DNA of 64,000 nt, taken from the NCBI GenBank assembly GCA_965224085.1, contig CBDCYI010000004.1, positions 32,001 to 96,000 on the forward strand, read 5' to 3'. Every line of letters begins with the position of its first letter. Positions within the stretch are counted from its first letter, which is position 1. This document shows, one piece after another, positions 10,177 through 20,366 of the stretch. The DNA comes from Candidatus Marinacidobacterales bacterium (GTDB taxonomy: Bacteria; Acidobacteriota; Vicinamibacteria; Marinacidobacterales; SMYC01). Under the pieces are notes generated by a model that did not search any database, was not told where the DNA came from, and saw only the letters and a program-made list of their open reading frames with translations. The position numbers and the translations under genes are program-made.

Positions 10177-10398
10177 GATGATGCTCCAGTAAATCTTTCA
10201 TTTTCAAAACGAACACACGCCTTCGCCTGTTTTCGATCTCCGACCCCGTCCTGTGCCAAAACTCGGCCCAGCCGGCATCGACGAAAGAACTGCGCCTCTC
10301 GAAATCAGGCTAAAACTCTAGCACGCGAACAGGTTACGCGGCGGCCGCCAATACTTGACTGCGGAAGCACCATTTGGACCAGACGCGAGAGAAAGAGG

Positions 10399-11022
10399 TC
10401 AAGATTCTATCTGAATATTGGCGTTGCTCGGGTTACAGCATTCCGAGTCCCGCACACAGCGACAACCGCCGACCGCGAGGAGAGCGCCGAGCACCGGAGC
10501 CGTGAGATAGATCCAGAGAGCTTGGACGTGTCCACTCACCAGCGCGGGTCCGAGGGAGCGCGCAGGATTCATTGACGCACCCGAGACGGGTCCTCCTAAG
10601 AGAGACCCTAGGGCGACGGCTCCACCTACGGCGACTCCTGCCAATAGGCCCTTCTCTTTTGCGCCGGTGGAAACGCCGAGAATCACGAACATCAGAATGG
10701 ATGTGAGGAGCACCTCGAGAACGAAAGACTGCGAAGCCCGACCAGCGGGAATTGTCGCGCCGAGGGTCTGGCTCTCCAGAAACAACGCACGAACGATGAG
10801 GCTGGCAGCGAGGGCACCTGCGGACTGACTAACGACGTAGGGCGCAACCTCACGGCGTGACATTCGCCCCGAGGCCCAGAACCCTAGTGTCACGGCGGGG
10901 TTCAAATGCGCACCGGAAACGTCCCCCACCGAATAGATCATTGCCATGACCACCAGACCGAACGTGAGGGCCACGCCTACGTGGGAAATAACTCCCCCGT
11001 TGAGCGCGTTAATGACGATGGC
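10399..11022 (-). pseudogene. MIP/aquaporin copy 1, 5'-truncated by junction with IS fragment
   Basis: SGAHLNPAVT and SMNPARS; first ~20 codons replaced by IS sequence. Confidence 0.88.
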
Positions 11023-11737
11023 AGTGATTGATGAAGAGCGTGTGCCTGCGGAGGAAAAGGTCGTTTCGATCTTCGAAGAACACACCGACATTATTCGCAA
11101 AGACCGGCGCGAGACTCTCTACGGTCACAAGGTGTGTTTGACTGGTGGCTCGTCCTCGATGATTTTGGATTGCGTGATCTTGGATGGGAATCCGTCCGAT
11201 TCAACTCTCGCGGAAACCATGATCGACCGTCAAGTCGAACTCTACGAACGGGCCCCGCGCCAGGTTGCCTACGATGGCGCGTTTTCTTCAAAGGCAAACT
11301 TGGAAGCCATCAAAGGCAAGGGAGTTGAAGATGTTGCCTTTACCAAGGCTCACTTCGCGGTGACCGATATGGTCAAGAGTTCCTGGGTCTATCAACGCCT
11401 ACGGCGATTTCGCTGCGGAATCGAAGGCGTCATTTCGTTCTTGAAACGAGTCTTTGGTCTCGACCGATGCACATGGCGCTCATTGCCTTCTTTCAAATCC
11501 TACGTATGGAGTTCCATCATCACCTGCAACCTGTTGGTAATGGCAAGGCACCTATTACGATAATAATGATTACTCTTACTGCGTTTATAGCCATGGATTG
11601 CTGACGATTCGCCTCTCGTTTCGTCCAAGATTTTCATTCGCTTCCGAGCCTACGAGGTGCCGACTGAAAACGTATAATACCCACATCTTCGATAGGCCTC
11701 TCGTACACCACAAGTTATGGTGTTTCTGGACAGGAAC
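11023..11737 (+). mobile_element. 3' part of ISNCY/IS5-like element, in tandem with full copy
   Basis: Matches 12713-13427. Confidence 0.92.
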
Positions 11738-11743
11738 TAGTTA

Positions 11744-13427
11744 GTACCCGTCCTGGCGGACGTAAGAGGTTGAGAAAAAGGGAGTAATCGCAAATTTAGG
11801 GCTAGTCTTCTGAGGGGTTGTCGCTTAGAATCGAAGTCGTCAAAAACAAGAGTCTAAACGACTTAACTCCAAAGGAGACCAGCCCTAAATGCGAAAAACA
11901 ATCATTCCACAACCAAGCCTATGCGAGCCCTGGCTGGAGCTGGAGCACGCACGCGAACTCGAAGCGATCTCGTCGGTGCTCGATGCCCATCCTAAGCTCA
12001 ATGAGCTGGTACTGCAAGACCTGAGGTCGGTCACCCCATCGGCAGGGAGCGATGTTGGTCGTGGGGGAATGAGCGCGGAGCAGGTTCTCCGGGCGTTGTT
12101 GGTCAAGCAGCTGAATCAGTTCACCTATCGGGAGCTGGCGTTTCACTTGGCAGACTCTCGAAGCTATCGGACGTTTTGCCAGTTCGGCATCATAGAGCCG
12201 AGCCCGTCGAAGTCGACCCTAGCAGCAAACATCAAAGCCGTGAAGTTCGAAACGCTGGAGAAAATCAACCGAGAGTTGGTGAGTGTTGCCGAGAAGACCG
12301 CGATCGAAAAAGGAAGAAAAGTACGAGTGGACTGCACGGTAGTGGAGTCGAATATTCATTCTCCTACGGACTCCGAGCTTCTTTATGACTGCGTCCGAGT
12401 TCTCACTCGCCTCATGTGCCGAACTCGCGAACTGCTGGGTACAGTAGTGGTCTTCGGCAATCGAACGCGTCGAGCGAAGAGACGTCGACTGGGAGTTCTA
12501 AACGCGAAGGATAAGGAACAAAGGCGTCGCGTCTATCGAGATCTACTGAAGGTGTCGGAAGAAACCTATCGCTCCGCTCAACGCGTTGCAGACCAGTTGG
12601 ACGAGTCCGGCTTGACCGAGCCGGTGAAGCGAGCGAGTGCGGAGAAGATCGCCGCGGATTTTAAGCACTTTCTCGTCCTCACCGAAAAAGTCATCAACCA
12701 AACTCGGCGTAGAGTGATTGATGAAGAGCGTGTGCCTGCGGAGGAAAAGGTCGTTTCGATCTTCGAAGAACACACCGACATTATTCGCAAAGACCGGCGC
12801 GAGACTCTCTACGGTCACAAGGTGTGTTTGACTGGTGGCTCGTCCTCGATGATTTTGGATTGCGTGATCTTGGATGGGAATCCGTCCGATTCAACTCTCG
12901 CGGAAACCATGATCGACCGTCAAGTCGAACTCTACGAACGGGCCCCGCGCCAGGTTGCCTACGATGGCGCGTTTTCTTCAAAGGCAAACTTGGAAGCCAT
13001 CAAAGGCAAGGGAGTTGAAGATGTTGCCTTTACCAAGGCTCACTTCGCGGTGACCGATATGGTCAAGAGTTCCTGGGTCTATCAACGCCTACGGCGATTT
13101 CGCTGCGGAATCGAAGGCGTCATTTCGTTCTTGAAACGAGTCTTTGGTCTCGACCGATGCACATGGCGCTCATTGCCTTCTTTCAAATCCTACGTATGGA
13201 GTTCCATCATCACCTGCAACCTGTTGGTAATGGCAAGGCACCTATTACGATAATAATGATTACTCTTACTGCGTTTATAGCCATGGATTGCTGACGATTC
13301 GCCTCTCGTTTCGTCCAAGATTTTCATTCGCTTCCGAGCCTACGAGGTGCCGACTGAAAACGTATAATACCCACATCTTCGATAGGCCTCTCGTACACCA
13401 CAAGTTATGGTGTTTCTGGACAGGAAC
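11744..13427 (+). mobile_element. ISNCY/IS5-like element, 1684 bp
   Basis: Ends GTACCCGTCC and GGACAGGAAC; flanking TAGTTA at 11738-11743 and 13428-13433. Confidence 0.92.
11889..13253 (+). CDS. DDE transposase (ISNCY/IS5-like)
   Basis: RVDCTVVESNIH, AYDGAF, FRCGIEGVISFLKR. Confidence 0.92.
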   Translation: MRKTIIPQPSLCEPWLELEHARELEAISSVLDAHPKLNELVLQDLRSVTPSAGSDVGRGGMSAEQVLRALLVKQLNQFTYRELAFHLADSRSYRTFCQFGIIEPSPSKSTLAANIKAVKFETLEKINRELVSVAEKTAIEKGRKVRVDCTVVESNIHSPTDSELLYDCVRVLTRLMCRTRELLGTVVVFGNRTRRAKRRRLGVLNAKDKEQRRRVYRDLLKVSEETYRSAQRVADQLDESGLTEPVKRASAEKIAADFKHFLVLTEKVINQTRRRVIDEERVPAEEKVVSIFEEHTDIIRKDRRETLYGHKVCLTGGSSSMILDCVILDGNPSDSTLAETMIDRQVELYERAPRQVAYDGAFSSKANLEAIKGKGVEDVAFTKAHFAVTDMVKSSWVYQRLRRFRCGIEGVISFLKRVFGLDRCTWRSLPSFKSYVWSSIITCNLLVMARHLLR

Positions 13428-13430
13428 TAG

Positions 13431-14297
13431 TTAAGCTGGCGAAGTCATCATCCGTCGTTCGAACTCGGCCGGACTGACCTGGCCGAGGGTCGAGTGTCGT
13501 CGTCTCTGGTTGTAGAATACCTCGATGAAGTCGAAGAGGGCCATCTTGGCCTCGCCGCAACTGAGGAAATGCTCCCCAAGCTCGTGCTTGACCGTGGAGA
13601 ACCAGCTTTCGATGACGGCGTTGTCGTTGCAGTTGCCCCGTCGGCTCATGCTCCCGGTCATGCCATGCGTCTCAAGGAGACGTTGGTAGTCTTTGCTGGC
13701 ATACGGACTACCCTGATCGGAGTGATGCAAGAGCCCCGCGGCCAGTTGGCGACGTTTCAGTGCCATCCGCAACGCCTTGATAACCAGGTGACGGTCGTTA
13801 ATAGCACTTACGGCCCACCCAACGAGGAATCGCGAGTAGAGGTCGAGGAGCGCCGCGAGATAAAGCTTCCCGCCGCTGCCGATCACGAACTCGGTCGTGT
13901 CCCCGACCCACCGTTGGTTCGGCGCATCGGCGACGAAGTCTTGCCCGAGCACATTGGCCGCGTCGGGCTGGTCATGACCGCTTACCGTCGTGCGCTTGAA
14001 GCGTTTGCGTACTCGAGCAATGAGGCCTTCTGCCTGTTTCAACCGAATCACCCGCTTCCGACTCACTCGATACCCCTGCTCGTGCAGGTCGTGATGAATC
14101 CGCGGACTCCCATAGGTGCGGCGACTCGCCTCATGGGAGGCACGAATCAACACGCGCAACTGGCGGTCCCGGCGCGCGTGGGCCGACGGCGGCCGACGTA
14201 CCCAGGCATAAAAGCCACTCCGAGAGACGTTGAGAATCTGACACAGGTGAGCGACCGGTACGGTGGCCTTCTCCGCCTGGATGAACGCGAATCTTAC
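13431..14297 (-). CDS. IS3 transposase OrfB
   Basis: TYGSPRI, WVGDTT, HHSDQGS, DNAVIESWF, YNQRRRHS; 5' limit approximate. Confidence 0.88.
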   Translation of the reverse strand, partial: VRFAFIQAEKATVPVAHLCQILNVSRSGFYAWVRRPPSAHARRDRQLRVLIRASHEASRRTYGSPRIHHDLHEQGYRVSRKRVIRLKQAEGLIARVRKRFKRTTVSGHDQPDAANVLGQDFVADAPNQRWVGDTTEFVIGSGGKLYLAALLDLYSRFLVGWAVSAINDRHLVIKALRMALKRRQLAAGLLHHSDQGSPYASKDYQRLLETHGMTGSMSRRGNCNDNAVIESWFSTVKHELGEHFLSCGEAKMALFDFIEVFYNQRRRHSTLGQVSPAEFERRMMTSPA

Positions 14298-14611
14298 TCG
14301 CTCTCCTTCGCGAAGAAGGCCGCGGCTTTTTTTAACACGTCGCGCTCCACCCGCAACCGCCGATTCTCTTTGCGGAGCCGCCGAAGCTCCTCGCGTTCCA
14401 CACCCGTCAAGCCCGTCCGGCCCTTCGTCCGATCGGCCCGGGCCTGACGGACCCAGTTGCGAAACGCCGATTCGGTGAGGTCAAGCTCCCGGGCCACCCG
14501 ACCCACGCTCTGGCCCTCATCAAGCACCAGCCGGACCGCGCCTGCCTTAAACTCGTCATCAAACTCCCGGCGGGGTCGCGGGGGCTGCGTTGTCTTTGCC
14601 ATTGTGGACAT
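14294..14611 (-). CDS. IS3 transposase OrfA
   Basis: EFKAGAVRLV..VARELDL..LKKAAAFFA. Confidence 0.9.
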   Translation of the reverse strand: MSTMAKTTQPPRPRREFDDEFKAGAVRLVLDEGQSVGRVARELDLTESAFRNWVRQARADRTKGRTGLTGVEREELRRLRKENRRLRVERDVLKKAAAFFAKESE

Positions 14612-14740
14612 CGTATCCGCCTTTCAGAAAGTGTCCACGAAACTGGATCAAGCCCAATGTATGAGAAGCTGAGTAGAAACCCTTGCCCGAGGCAAAACGG
14701 TTTCGTGCATCATCCCCTGCCTCAGATCTATTGTACTCCA

Positions 14741-15460
14741 TTACTTTGCGCGGTCTTCCTGAGATTGCGAATCGCCATCGTCGACCTCTGGCTCAGCAGC
14801 CTCTGGCTCAGCAGCCTCTAGCTCAGCAACCTCCGGCTCAGCAGCCTCTGGCTCAGCAGCCTCTAGCTCAGCAACCTCCGGCTCAGCAGCCTCTGGCTCA
14901 GCAGCCTCCGGCTCAGCAGCCTCTGGCTCAGCAACCTCTGGCTCAGCAGCCTCTAGCTCAGTAACCTCCGGCTCAGCAGCCTCTGGCTCAGCAGCCTCCG
15001 GCTCAGCAGCCTCTGGCTCAGCAACCTCCGGCTCAGCAGGAGCGGAGCGTTCCTCGTTGGCCGTCATTTGGATCGCCCCCTTGAAGATGGCTCCTTCGGC
15101 AACCGCGATGCGTGGGGCGCAGAGATTCCCGAACACCTTTCCTGTGAGGGTGATCTCAACTTTGTCGCTTGCCGTGCAGTCGCCCTCTAGCTTGCCACGT
15201 ATCGAGACGTTGGCCGCCTCGATCTTCGCTTTCACTCGACCGGCTTCGCCGATTACAACCATTCCGCTGCTCTTGATCTTGCCTTCCACCCGCCCTTCGA
15301 TCTGGAGCACCTCGCTGCTGTTCAACTCGCCGCTGATGATCGTTTTCGCCCCGATCAACGTTTGCGGCGCGACCGATGGTGATTCGTCCCGTGCCGGAAC
15401 ACCGTGGGGACCGGTCGCGAGGTTGAGTTTTTGCGGTTTCGATTTTCCAAACAATCCCAC
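14741..15460 (-). CDS. Bactofilin (CcmA family) with acidic (EPEAA)x17 tail
   Basis: [13 protein letters not shown]...IEGRVEGKI...[22 protein letters not shown]; GGAGG RBS. Confidence 0.9.
   Translation of the reverse strand: MGLFGKSKPQKLNLATGPHGVPARDESPSVAPQTLIGAKTIISGELNSSEVLQIEGRVEGKIKSSGMVVIGEAGRVKAKIEAANVSIRGKLEGDCTASDKVEITLTGKVFGNLCAPRIAVAEGAIFKGAIQMTANEERSAPAEPEVAEPEAAEPEAAEPEAAEPEVTELEAAEPEVAEPEAAEPEAAEPEAAEPEVAELEAAEPEAAEPEVAELEAAEPEAAEPEVDDGDSQSQEDRAK
14780..15034 (-). repeat. 15-bp coding tandem repeat, 17 units, same family as 3590-4039
   Basis: GGCTCAGCAGCCTC(T/C) units on + strand. Confidence 0.95.
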
Positions 15461-15568
15461 GTTACCTCCTGGAGTTGGCGCTCACACTGCAGCGTTCAAG
15501 AAGAAAGAAGGGCTAGATCGCCGCAGCGATGAAGGTCGTCCTCTTCTCTCATACCTCATCATTAATTA

Positions 15569-17252
15569 GTTCCTGTCCAGAAACACCATAACTTGTGGTG
15601 TACGAGAGGCCTATCGAAGATGTGGGTATTATACGTTTTCAGTCGGCACCTCGTAGGCTCGGAAGCGAATGAAAATCTTGGACGAAACGAGAGGCGAATC
15701 GTCAGCAATCCATGGCTATAAACGCAGTAAGAGCAATCATTATTATCGTAATAGGTGCCTTGCCATTACCAACAGGTTGCAGGTGATGATGGAACTCCAT
15801 ACGTAGGATTTGAAAGAAGGCAATGAGCGCCATGTGCATCGGTCGAGACCAAAGACTCGTTTCAAGAACGAAATGACGCCTTCGATTCCGCAGCGAAATC
15901 GCCGTAGGCGTTGATAGACCCAGGAACTCTTGACCATATCGGTCACCGCGAAGTGAGCCTTGGTAAAGGCAACATCTTCAACTCCCTTGCCTTTGATGGC
16001 TTCCAAGTTTGCCTTTGAAGAAAACGCGCCATCGTAGGCAACCTGGCGCGGGGCCCGTTCGTAGAGTTCGACTTGACGGTCGATCATGGTTTCCGCGAGA
16101 GTTGAATCGGACGGATTCCCATCCAAGATCACGCAATCCAAAATCATCGAGGACGAGCCACCAGTCAAACACACCTTGTGACCGTAGAGAGTCTCGCGCC
16201 GGTCTTTGCGAATAATGTCGGTGTGTTCTTCGAAGATCGAAACGACCTTTTCCTCCGCAGGCACACGCTCTTCATCAATCACTCTACGCCGAGTTTGGTT
16301 GATGACTTTTTCGGTGAGGACGAGAAAGTGCTTAAAATCCGCGGCGATCTTCTCCGCACTCGCTCGCTTCACCGGCTCGGTCAAGCCGGACTCGTCCAAC
16401 TGGTCTGCAACGCGTTGAGCGGAGCGATAGGTTTCTTCCGACACCTTCAGTAGATCTCGATAGACGCGACGCCTTTGTTCCTTATCCTTCGCGTTTAGAA
16501 CTCCCAGTCGACGTCTCTTCGCTCGACGCGTTCGATTGCCGAAGACCACTACTGTACCCAGCAGTTCGCGAGTTCGGCACATGAGGCGAGTGAGAACTCG
16601 GACGCAGTCATAAAGAAGCTCGGAGTCCGTAGGAGAATGAATATTCGACTCCACTACCGTGCAGTCCACTCGTACTTTTCTTCCTTTTTCGATCGCGGTC
16701 TTCTCGGCAACACTCACCAACTCTCGGTTGATTTTCTCCAGCGTTTCGAACTTCACGGCTTTGATGTTTGCTGCTAGGGTCGACTTCGACGGGCTCGGCT
16801 CTATGATGCCGAGCTGGCAAAACGTCCGATAGCTTCGAGAGTCTGCCAAGTGAAACGCCAGCTCCCGATAGGTGAACTGATTCAGCTGCTTGACCAACAA
16901 CGCCCGGAGAACCTGCTCCGCGCTCATTCCCCCACGACCAACATCGCTCCCTGCCGATGGGGTGACCGACCTCAGGTCTTGCAGTACCAGCTCATTGAGC
17001 TTAGGATGGGCATCGAGCACCGACGAGATCGTTTCGAGCTCGCGCGCGTGCTCCACCTCCAGCCAGGGCTCGCATAGGCTTGGTTGTGGAATGATTGTTT
17101 TTCGCATTTAGGGCTGGTCTCCTTTGGAGTTAAGTCGTTTAGACTCTTGTTTTTGACGACTTCGATTCTAAGCGACAACCCCTCAGAAGACTAGCCCTAA
17201 ATTTGCGATTACTCCCTTTTTCTCAACCTCTTACGTCCGCCAGGACGGGTAC
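15569..17252 (-). mobile_element. ISNCY/IS5-like element, inverted copy, 1684 bp
   Basis: Near-identical to 11744-13427; TSD TAATTA at 15563-15568 and 17253-17258. Confidence 0.93.
15743..17107 (-). CDS. DDE transposase (ISNCY/IS5-like)
   Basis: 3 aa differences from 11889-13253. Confidence 0.92.
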   Translation of the reverse strand: MRKTIIPQPSLCEPWLEVEHARELETISSVLDAHPKLNELVLQDLRSVTPSAGSDVGRGGMSAEQVLRALLVKQLNQFTYRELAFHLADSRSYRTFCQLGIIEPSPSKSTLAANIKAVKFETLEKINRELVSVAEKTAIEKGRKVRVDCTVVESNIHSPTDSELLYDCVRVLTRLMCRTRELLGTVVVFGNRTRRAKRRRLGVLNAKDKEQRRRVYRDLLKVSEETYRSAQRVADQLDESGLTEPVKRASAEKIAADFKHFLVLTEKVINQTRRRVIDEERVPAEEKVVSIFEEHTDIIRKDRRETLYGHKVCLTGGSSSMILDCVILDGNPSDSTLAETMIDRQVELYERAPRQVAYDGAFSSKANLEAIKGKGVEDVAFTKAHFAVTDMVKSSWVYQRLRRFRCGIEGVISFLKRVFGLDRCTWRSLPSFKSYVWSSIITCNLLVMARHLLR

Positions 17253-17318
17253 TAATTAGATACGGCGTTAGGCATCTAGGCCTAGGCCCCACCGTTCACC
17301 GCTCGCAGACAAGCCCGT

Positions 17319-17412
17319 TGTGATCCGCAAGAAAGAAGATTGGCCAGAAGCAGCCGAACATAGCAGGTCTAGAACGCGCAATCAACGCTGGATCGATTTC
17401 TTGCGGAGCACA
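17319..17412 (+). repeat. MITE family A, full 94-bp copy
   Basis: Inverted termini and conserved core CAGGTCTA.AACGCGCAATCAAC. Confidence 0.9.
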
Positions 17413-17459
17413 ACAGGTCGGTTAGCCCTATTCTGCTCAATACCTTTCGGTGCGGCCGC

Positions 17460-17482
17460 CAACACTTGATTGCGGAAGCGCC
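17460..17482 (+). repeat. Repeat family C (CAACACTTGATTGCGGAAGCACC), putative IS1-like terminal repeat
   Basis: Copies at 1571-1575+2997-3014, 10349-10371, 22676-22698(-), 23046-23065, 23886-23908(-), 24123-24145; homology stops at GCACC (GCGCC in this copy). Confidence 0.85.
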
Positions 17483-17513
17483 CGAGACTCGTTCCATTTC
17501 ATAATGCATATAT

Positions 17514-18152
17514 TTATACGACGGATGCGAAGTGTTGACTCCATGGCGAAGCGAGAAAGTCTTTGCGGCGCCCGGTCAACCGTTCAGCATGCTCCGGCGC
17601 GGGAATTACGAAGTACGCGCGTGAGGTGCCGCGCCGGTACCGAAGTGCGAACGCGGCAGTGGCGTCCTCGAAGCGCTCGCGCAGCGTGGCGAGCCGAGCG
17701 GTTATCTGTTTCTCCGCAGTTCCCTTACGTCCGATGTGCTGGTAGACAACAAGGCTTTGTCCTCGACTCCAGCATGGGCGCAGATCATCGTAGTAGGCGT
17801 ATTTCGGTCCCTTCAATGACAATCGACCAACGTTGGGGATCTCGAAGCCATTGTCGGGATCGACGAACACGACCTCCGCATCGGCAACCCGCGCAAGCCC
17901 TTCCTCAAGCCAGTCACGACGCTTGTCACACCTTTCACGTGGGCGCTCTGCCCGGCAGAAGATTAGCTCTTTCCTGAAGAAGACGGTGCCAGTGGGTAGT
18001 GCCCCGCTTACCTCCACTGCCTCGACCGACCGCTCGTTGCGAACGATCGACTGCATCTGTTCAAAGAGATCCGGATCGCACTTGCGAAACTGCACAGCGC
18101 GCGGCGACTTAAGAGCGACAAAAGCCTCTTCGGTCGTAGAGGTGTTCGGCAA
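17514..18152 (-). CDS. Hypothetical protein (FVDPDNG motif), probably 5'-truncated
   Basis: 212-aa ORF with protein-like composition. Confidence 0.6.
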   Translation of the reverse strand: MPNTSTTEEAFVALKSPRAVQFRKCDPDLFEQMQSIVRNERSVEAVEVSGALPTGTVFFRKELIFCRAERPRERCDKRRDWLEEGLARVADAEVVFVDPDNGFEIPNVGRLSLKGPKYAYYDDLRPCWSRGQSLVVYQHIGRKGTAEKQITARLATLRERFEDATAAFALRYRRGTSRAYFVIPAPEHAERLTGRRKDFLASPWSQHFASVV

Positions 18153-18230
18153 ACCGCTTGCGGGCAGTTGAGTTTGATTTTGCTGAGGAACGGACGGTAG
18201 CAGCCTTCTTCAAAGTCGCGTCGGGGCGGC

Positions 18231-18269
18231 TGTGCCTTCCATTTATTCATCCGCGCGCCCCGAACTTGA
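18231..18269 (+). repeat. Repeat family D (TGTGCCTTCCATTTATTCATCCGCGCGCCCCGAACTTGA)
   Basis: Copies at 19988-20026 and 31081-31108(-). Confidence 0.85.
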
Positions 18270-18285
18270 TTAGTCTACGGGCACC

Positions 18286-18379
18286 TGTGATCCGCAAAAA
18301 AGAAAACCGGCCAGAAGCAGTCGACCATGTCAGGTCTAAAACGCGCAATCAACACCGGATCGATTTTTTGCGGAGCACA
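18286..18379 (+). repeat. MITE family A, full 94-bp copy
   Basis: As 17319-17412; abuts family B at 18382. Confidence 0.9.
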
Positions 18380-18530
18380 ACTAAGCTGCTGATTTATGGT
18401 CTATTTCAAAAGGGTCGAGTTTTGGCACAGGGCGGGTTCAAACCTGAGTTAGAATCGGAACCGAGATAATGGCCGTGAAGAGGAGCGATCATAAAACGAA
18501 CCCGTTTCACGGAGGAGCAGATCTCGCACC

Positions 18531-19025
18531 GTGAGCTTGTTAGCGGTCGTACTCGTTGCTTTTGGTTTGGGTTTTGACGCCCCGGCGGAGTGGGTGTCGA
18601 AGCAGTCGTCTTCTTCGATGCGCGTCGCCGTTTGGGAGCTCACCGGCGACGACGCTCCTGCCGAAGTCGTGATCTTTTATTTTGGTGAGGGGTCTGGAGG
18701 CGGTGTCGAAGCCAACCTCGCGCGTTGGTTCGGCCAGTTCGAGCAACCGGACAGGTCGAGCACGCGCGACAGAGCGACCATCACCGAGCGCACCGTGAAC
18801 GGACTCAAGCTCACTGTCGCAGACATGCACGGGACGTTCGTTGCTCCGGTAAGGCCGGGAGCGCCGCGACGCAACAACAACAACCGTCCTGGATACCGGA
18901 TGATCGCTACCATTGCTGAAGGAGGCACGGGGCCGTGGTACATCCGCGTGCTCGGCCCCGAAGCGACGATGGCGAAATGGGAAGCGAGCATCGAGGATTT
19001 TCTCTCGTCGCTCCGCCTCGAATAG
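18531..19025 (+). CDS. Hypothetical secreted protein
   Basis: Hydrophobic N-terminus; GGGVEANLARWFGQF motif. Confidence 0.65.
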   Translation: MSLLAVVLVAFGLGFDAPAEWVSKQSSSSMRVAVWELTGDDAPAEVVIFYFGEGSGGGVEANLARWFGQFEQPDRSSTRDRATITERTVNGLKLTVADMHGTFVAPVRPGAPRRNNNNRPGYRMIATIAEGGTGPWYIRVLGPEATMAKWEASIEDFLSSLRLE

Positions 19026-19092
19026 ACGTTAAGGCGAGCGGTCCAAAGAACCCTCCGGAAAAAGTGGTTGTGCTCCGCAAAAAGTCTATCCA

Positions 19093-19848
19093 GTGTTGAT
19101 TGCGCGTTTTAGACCTCGTCGCCTGGGATGGATGCAGGATTTGATCGTGGAGTCCAAGTTGTACTTCGCGAAGCCGAGCAGTTTCAATGACCCGTTAGAC
19201 TGCCGGATTCCGCCTAGCTACGATGCCTCCGCTCTTGTGATAGAGCAGTACTGGCGTGGCTTCGTAAAGCAGAACCACCCGCAAGATAAGCTTCGCAACC
19301 ACCGGAAGGCCATCCGGCGGATGATTCGAGCTTCCAAGACCCCGGTCGGGCAAGCTCGCTTGAAGAAGGGGTTTTTCGAGTCGGTGGATCAGAACGGGAT
19401 CGCCTGTTTTGCGAAAGATGCCACGAACATGTTGTTGTGGTCGTACTACGCCGAGGGCCATAGTGGCATCGCCGTGAGGTTCAGGTTCGCGCCGGAGAAC
19501 CTATTACAGATGCAGAGGCTCCTCATCCCCCTTGAGGTCCAATACCAAACGCACTTCCCTGACATCAACTTCTATAGCGATACCAATCACTATTTGCTTA
19601 GAACTGTCCTGGGTACGAAAGCAGTAGCCTGGGCACATGAGCAGGAATGGCGATTGGTCTTGGTGGGATACCAAGGGTTGTTGCGTCTGCCGCTCAAGAT
19701 GATCGACGGTGTCATCATGGGCATGCGAATCGATCCAGACGATGAGCGTAGTCTGCGAGAGTGGATCGAAAAACGAGAGTCGAAGATCGAGCTGCTCCGT
19801 GTCTCGAATCGGCCCAGAAACTTCGAACTCAAAATTGTACCCGCCTAA
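19093..19848 (+). CDS. DUF2971-like protein, native 5' end replaced by MITE A fragment (19069-19116)
   Basis: FNDPLD, LLWSYYAEGHSG, TKAVAWAHEQEWR motifs. Confidence 0.75.
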   Translation: MLIARFRPRRLGWMQDLIVESKLYFAKPSSFNDPLDCRIPPSYDASALVIEQYWRGFVKQNHPQDKLRNHRKAIRRMIRASKTPVGQARLKKGFFESVDQNGIACFAKDATNMLLWSYYAEGHSGIAVRFRFAPENLLQMQRLLIPLEVQYQTHFPDINFYSDTNHYLLRTVLGTKAVAWAHEQEWRLVLVGYQGLLRLPLKMIDGVIMGMRIDPDDERSLREWIEKRESKIELLRVSNRPRNFELKIVPA

Positions 19849-19928
19849 CCTGCCAGGTCTAAATGGTTGAAAGGGCGGCACGTAAACCGCTCGTCCCTTA
19901 TTTCCGCGGTCCGCACACCCCTAGCGTC

Positions 19929-19983
19929 TGTTAACGGTGGCTGTAAATTGCACACTTGTGGCGGACGAAAATTGCACACTCGG
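19929..19983 (+). mobile_element. Isolated IS21-family end
   Basis: TGTTA start with repeated AAATTGCACACT; matches 27037-27068. Confidence 0.7.
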
Positions 19984-20366
19984 CACCTGTGCCTTCTATT
20001 TATTCATCCGCGCGCCCCGAACTTGAAGGGCTTGCTTACCCAGACGCTATCCGATCTCGGCCAGAGACCTGTGATCCGCAAAAAAGAAAACCGGCCAGAA
20101 GCAGCCGACCATGTCAGGTCTAAAACGCGCAATCAACACTGGATGGTACTTTCGAGTGACCGAAATCGTTCGTTCACTCAAAAGCACCTTCGCCACCTAT
20201 CTGCAGACCTTAGATCCAAGCGCAGAGGTGCCCGCTCCTGACGTTCTGCCGGTCCGGCCGCAGCGCGCAACTCCCTACCTGTATAGCATGGCAGGTCTAA
20301 ACCGCGCAATCAACGCCGGATCGACTTTTTGCGGAGTACAACGGCTTCTGGTTTACCAGGCCCTCA

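Larger units (their letters stand above)
13431..14656 (-). mobile_element. IS3-family element (right end lost at ISNCY insertion)
   Basis: Left end TGGGCTTGATCCAGTTTCGTGGACAC; orfA/orfB; A7G slippery site 14326-14333. Confidence 0.88.

Noticed and set aside
10946-11563. Aquaporin-transposase fusion ORFs on both strands
   Set aside because: Junction artefact of two broken genes
17266-19850. Integron cassette array (GTTAGGC at ~17267; GCCTAAC at DUF2971 stop)
   Set aside because: No complete attC palindromes, no intI, mixed orientations; single ex-cassettes cannot be excluded
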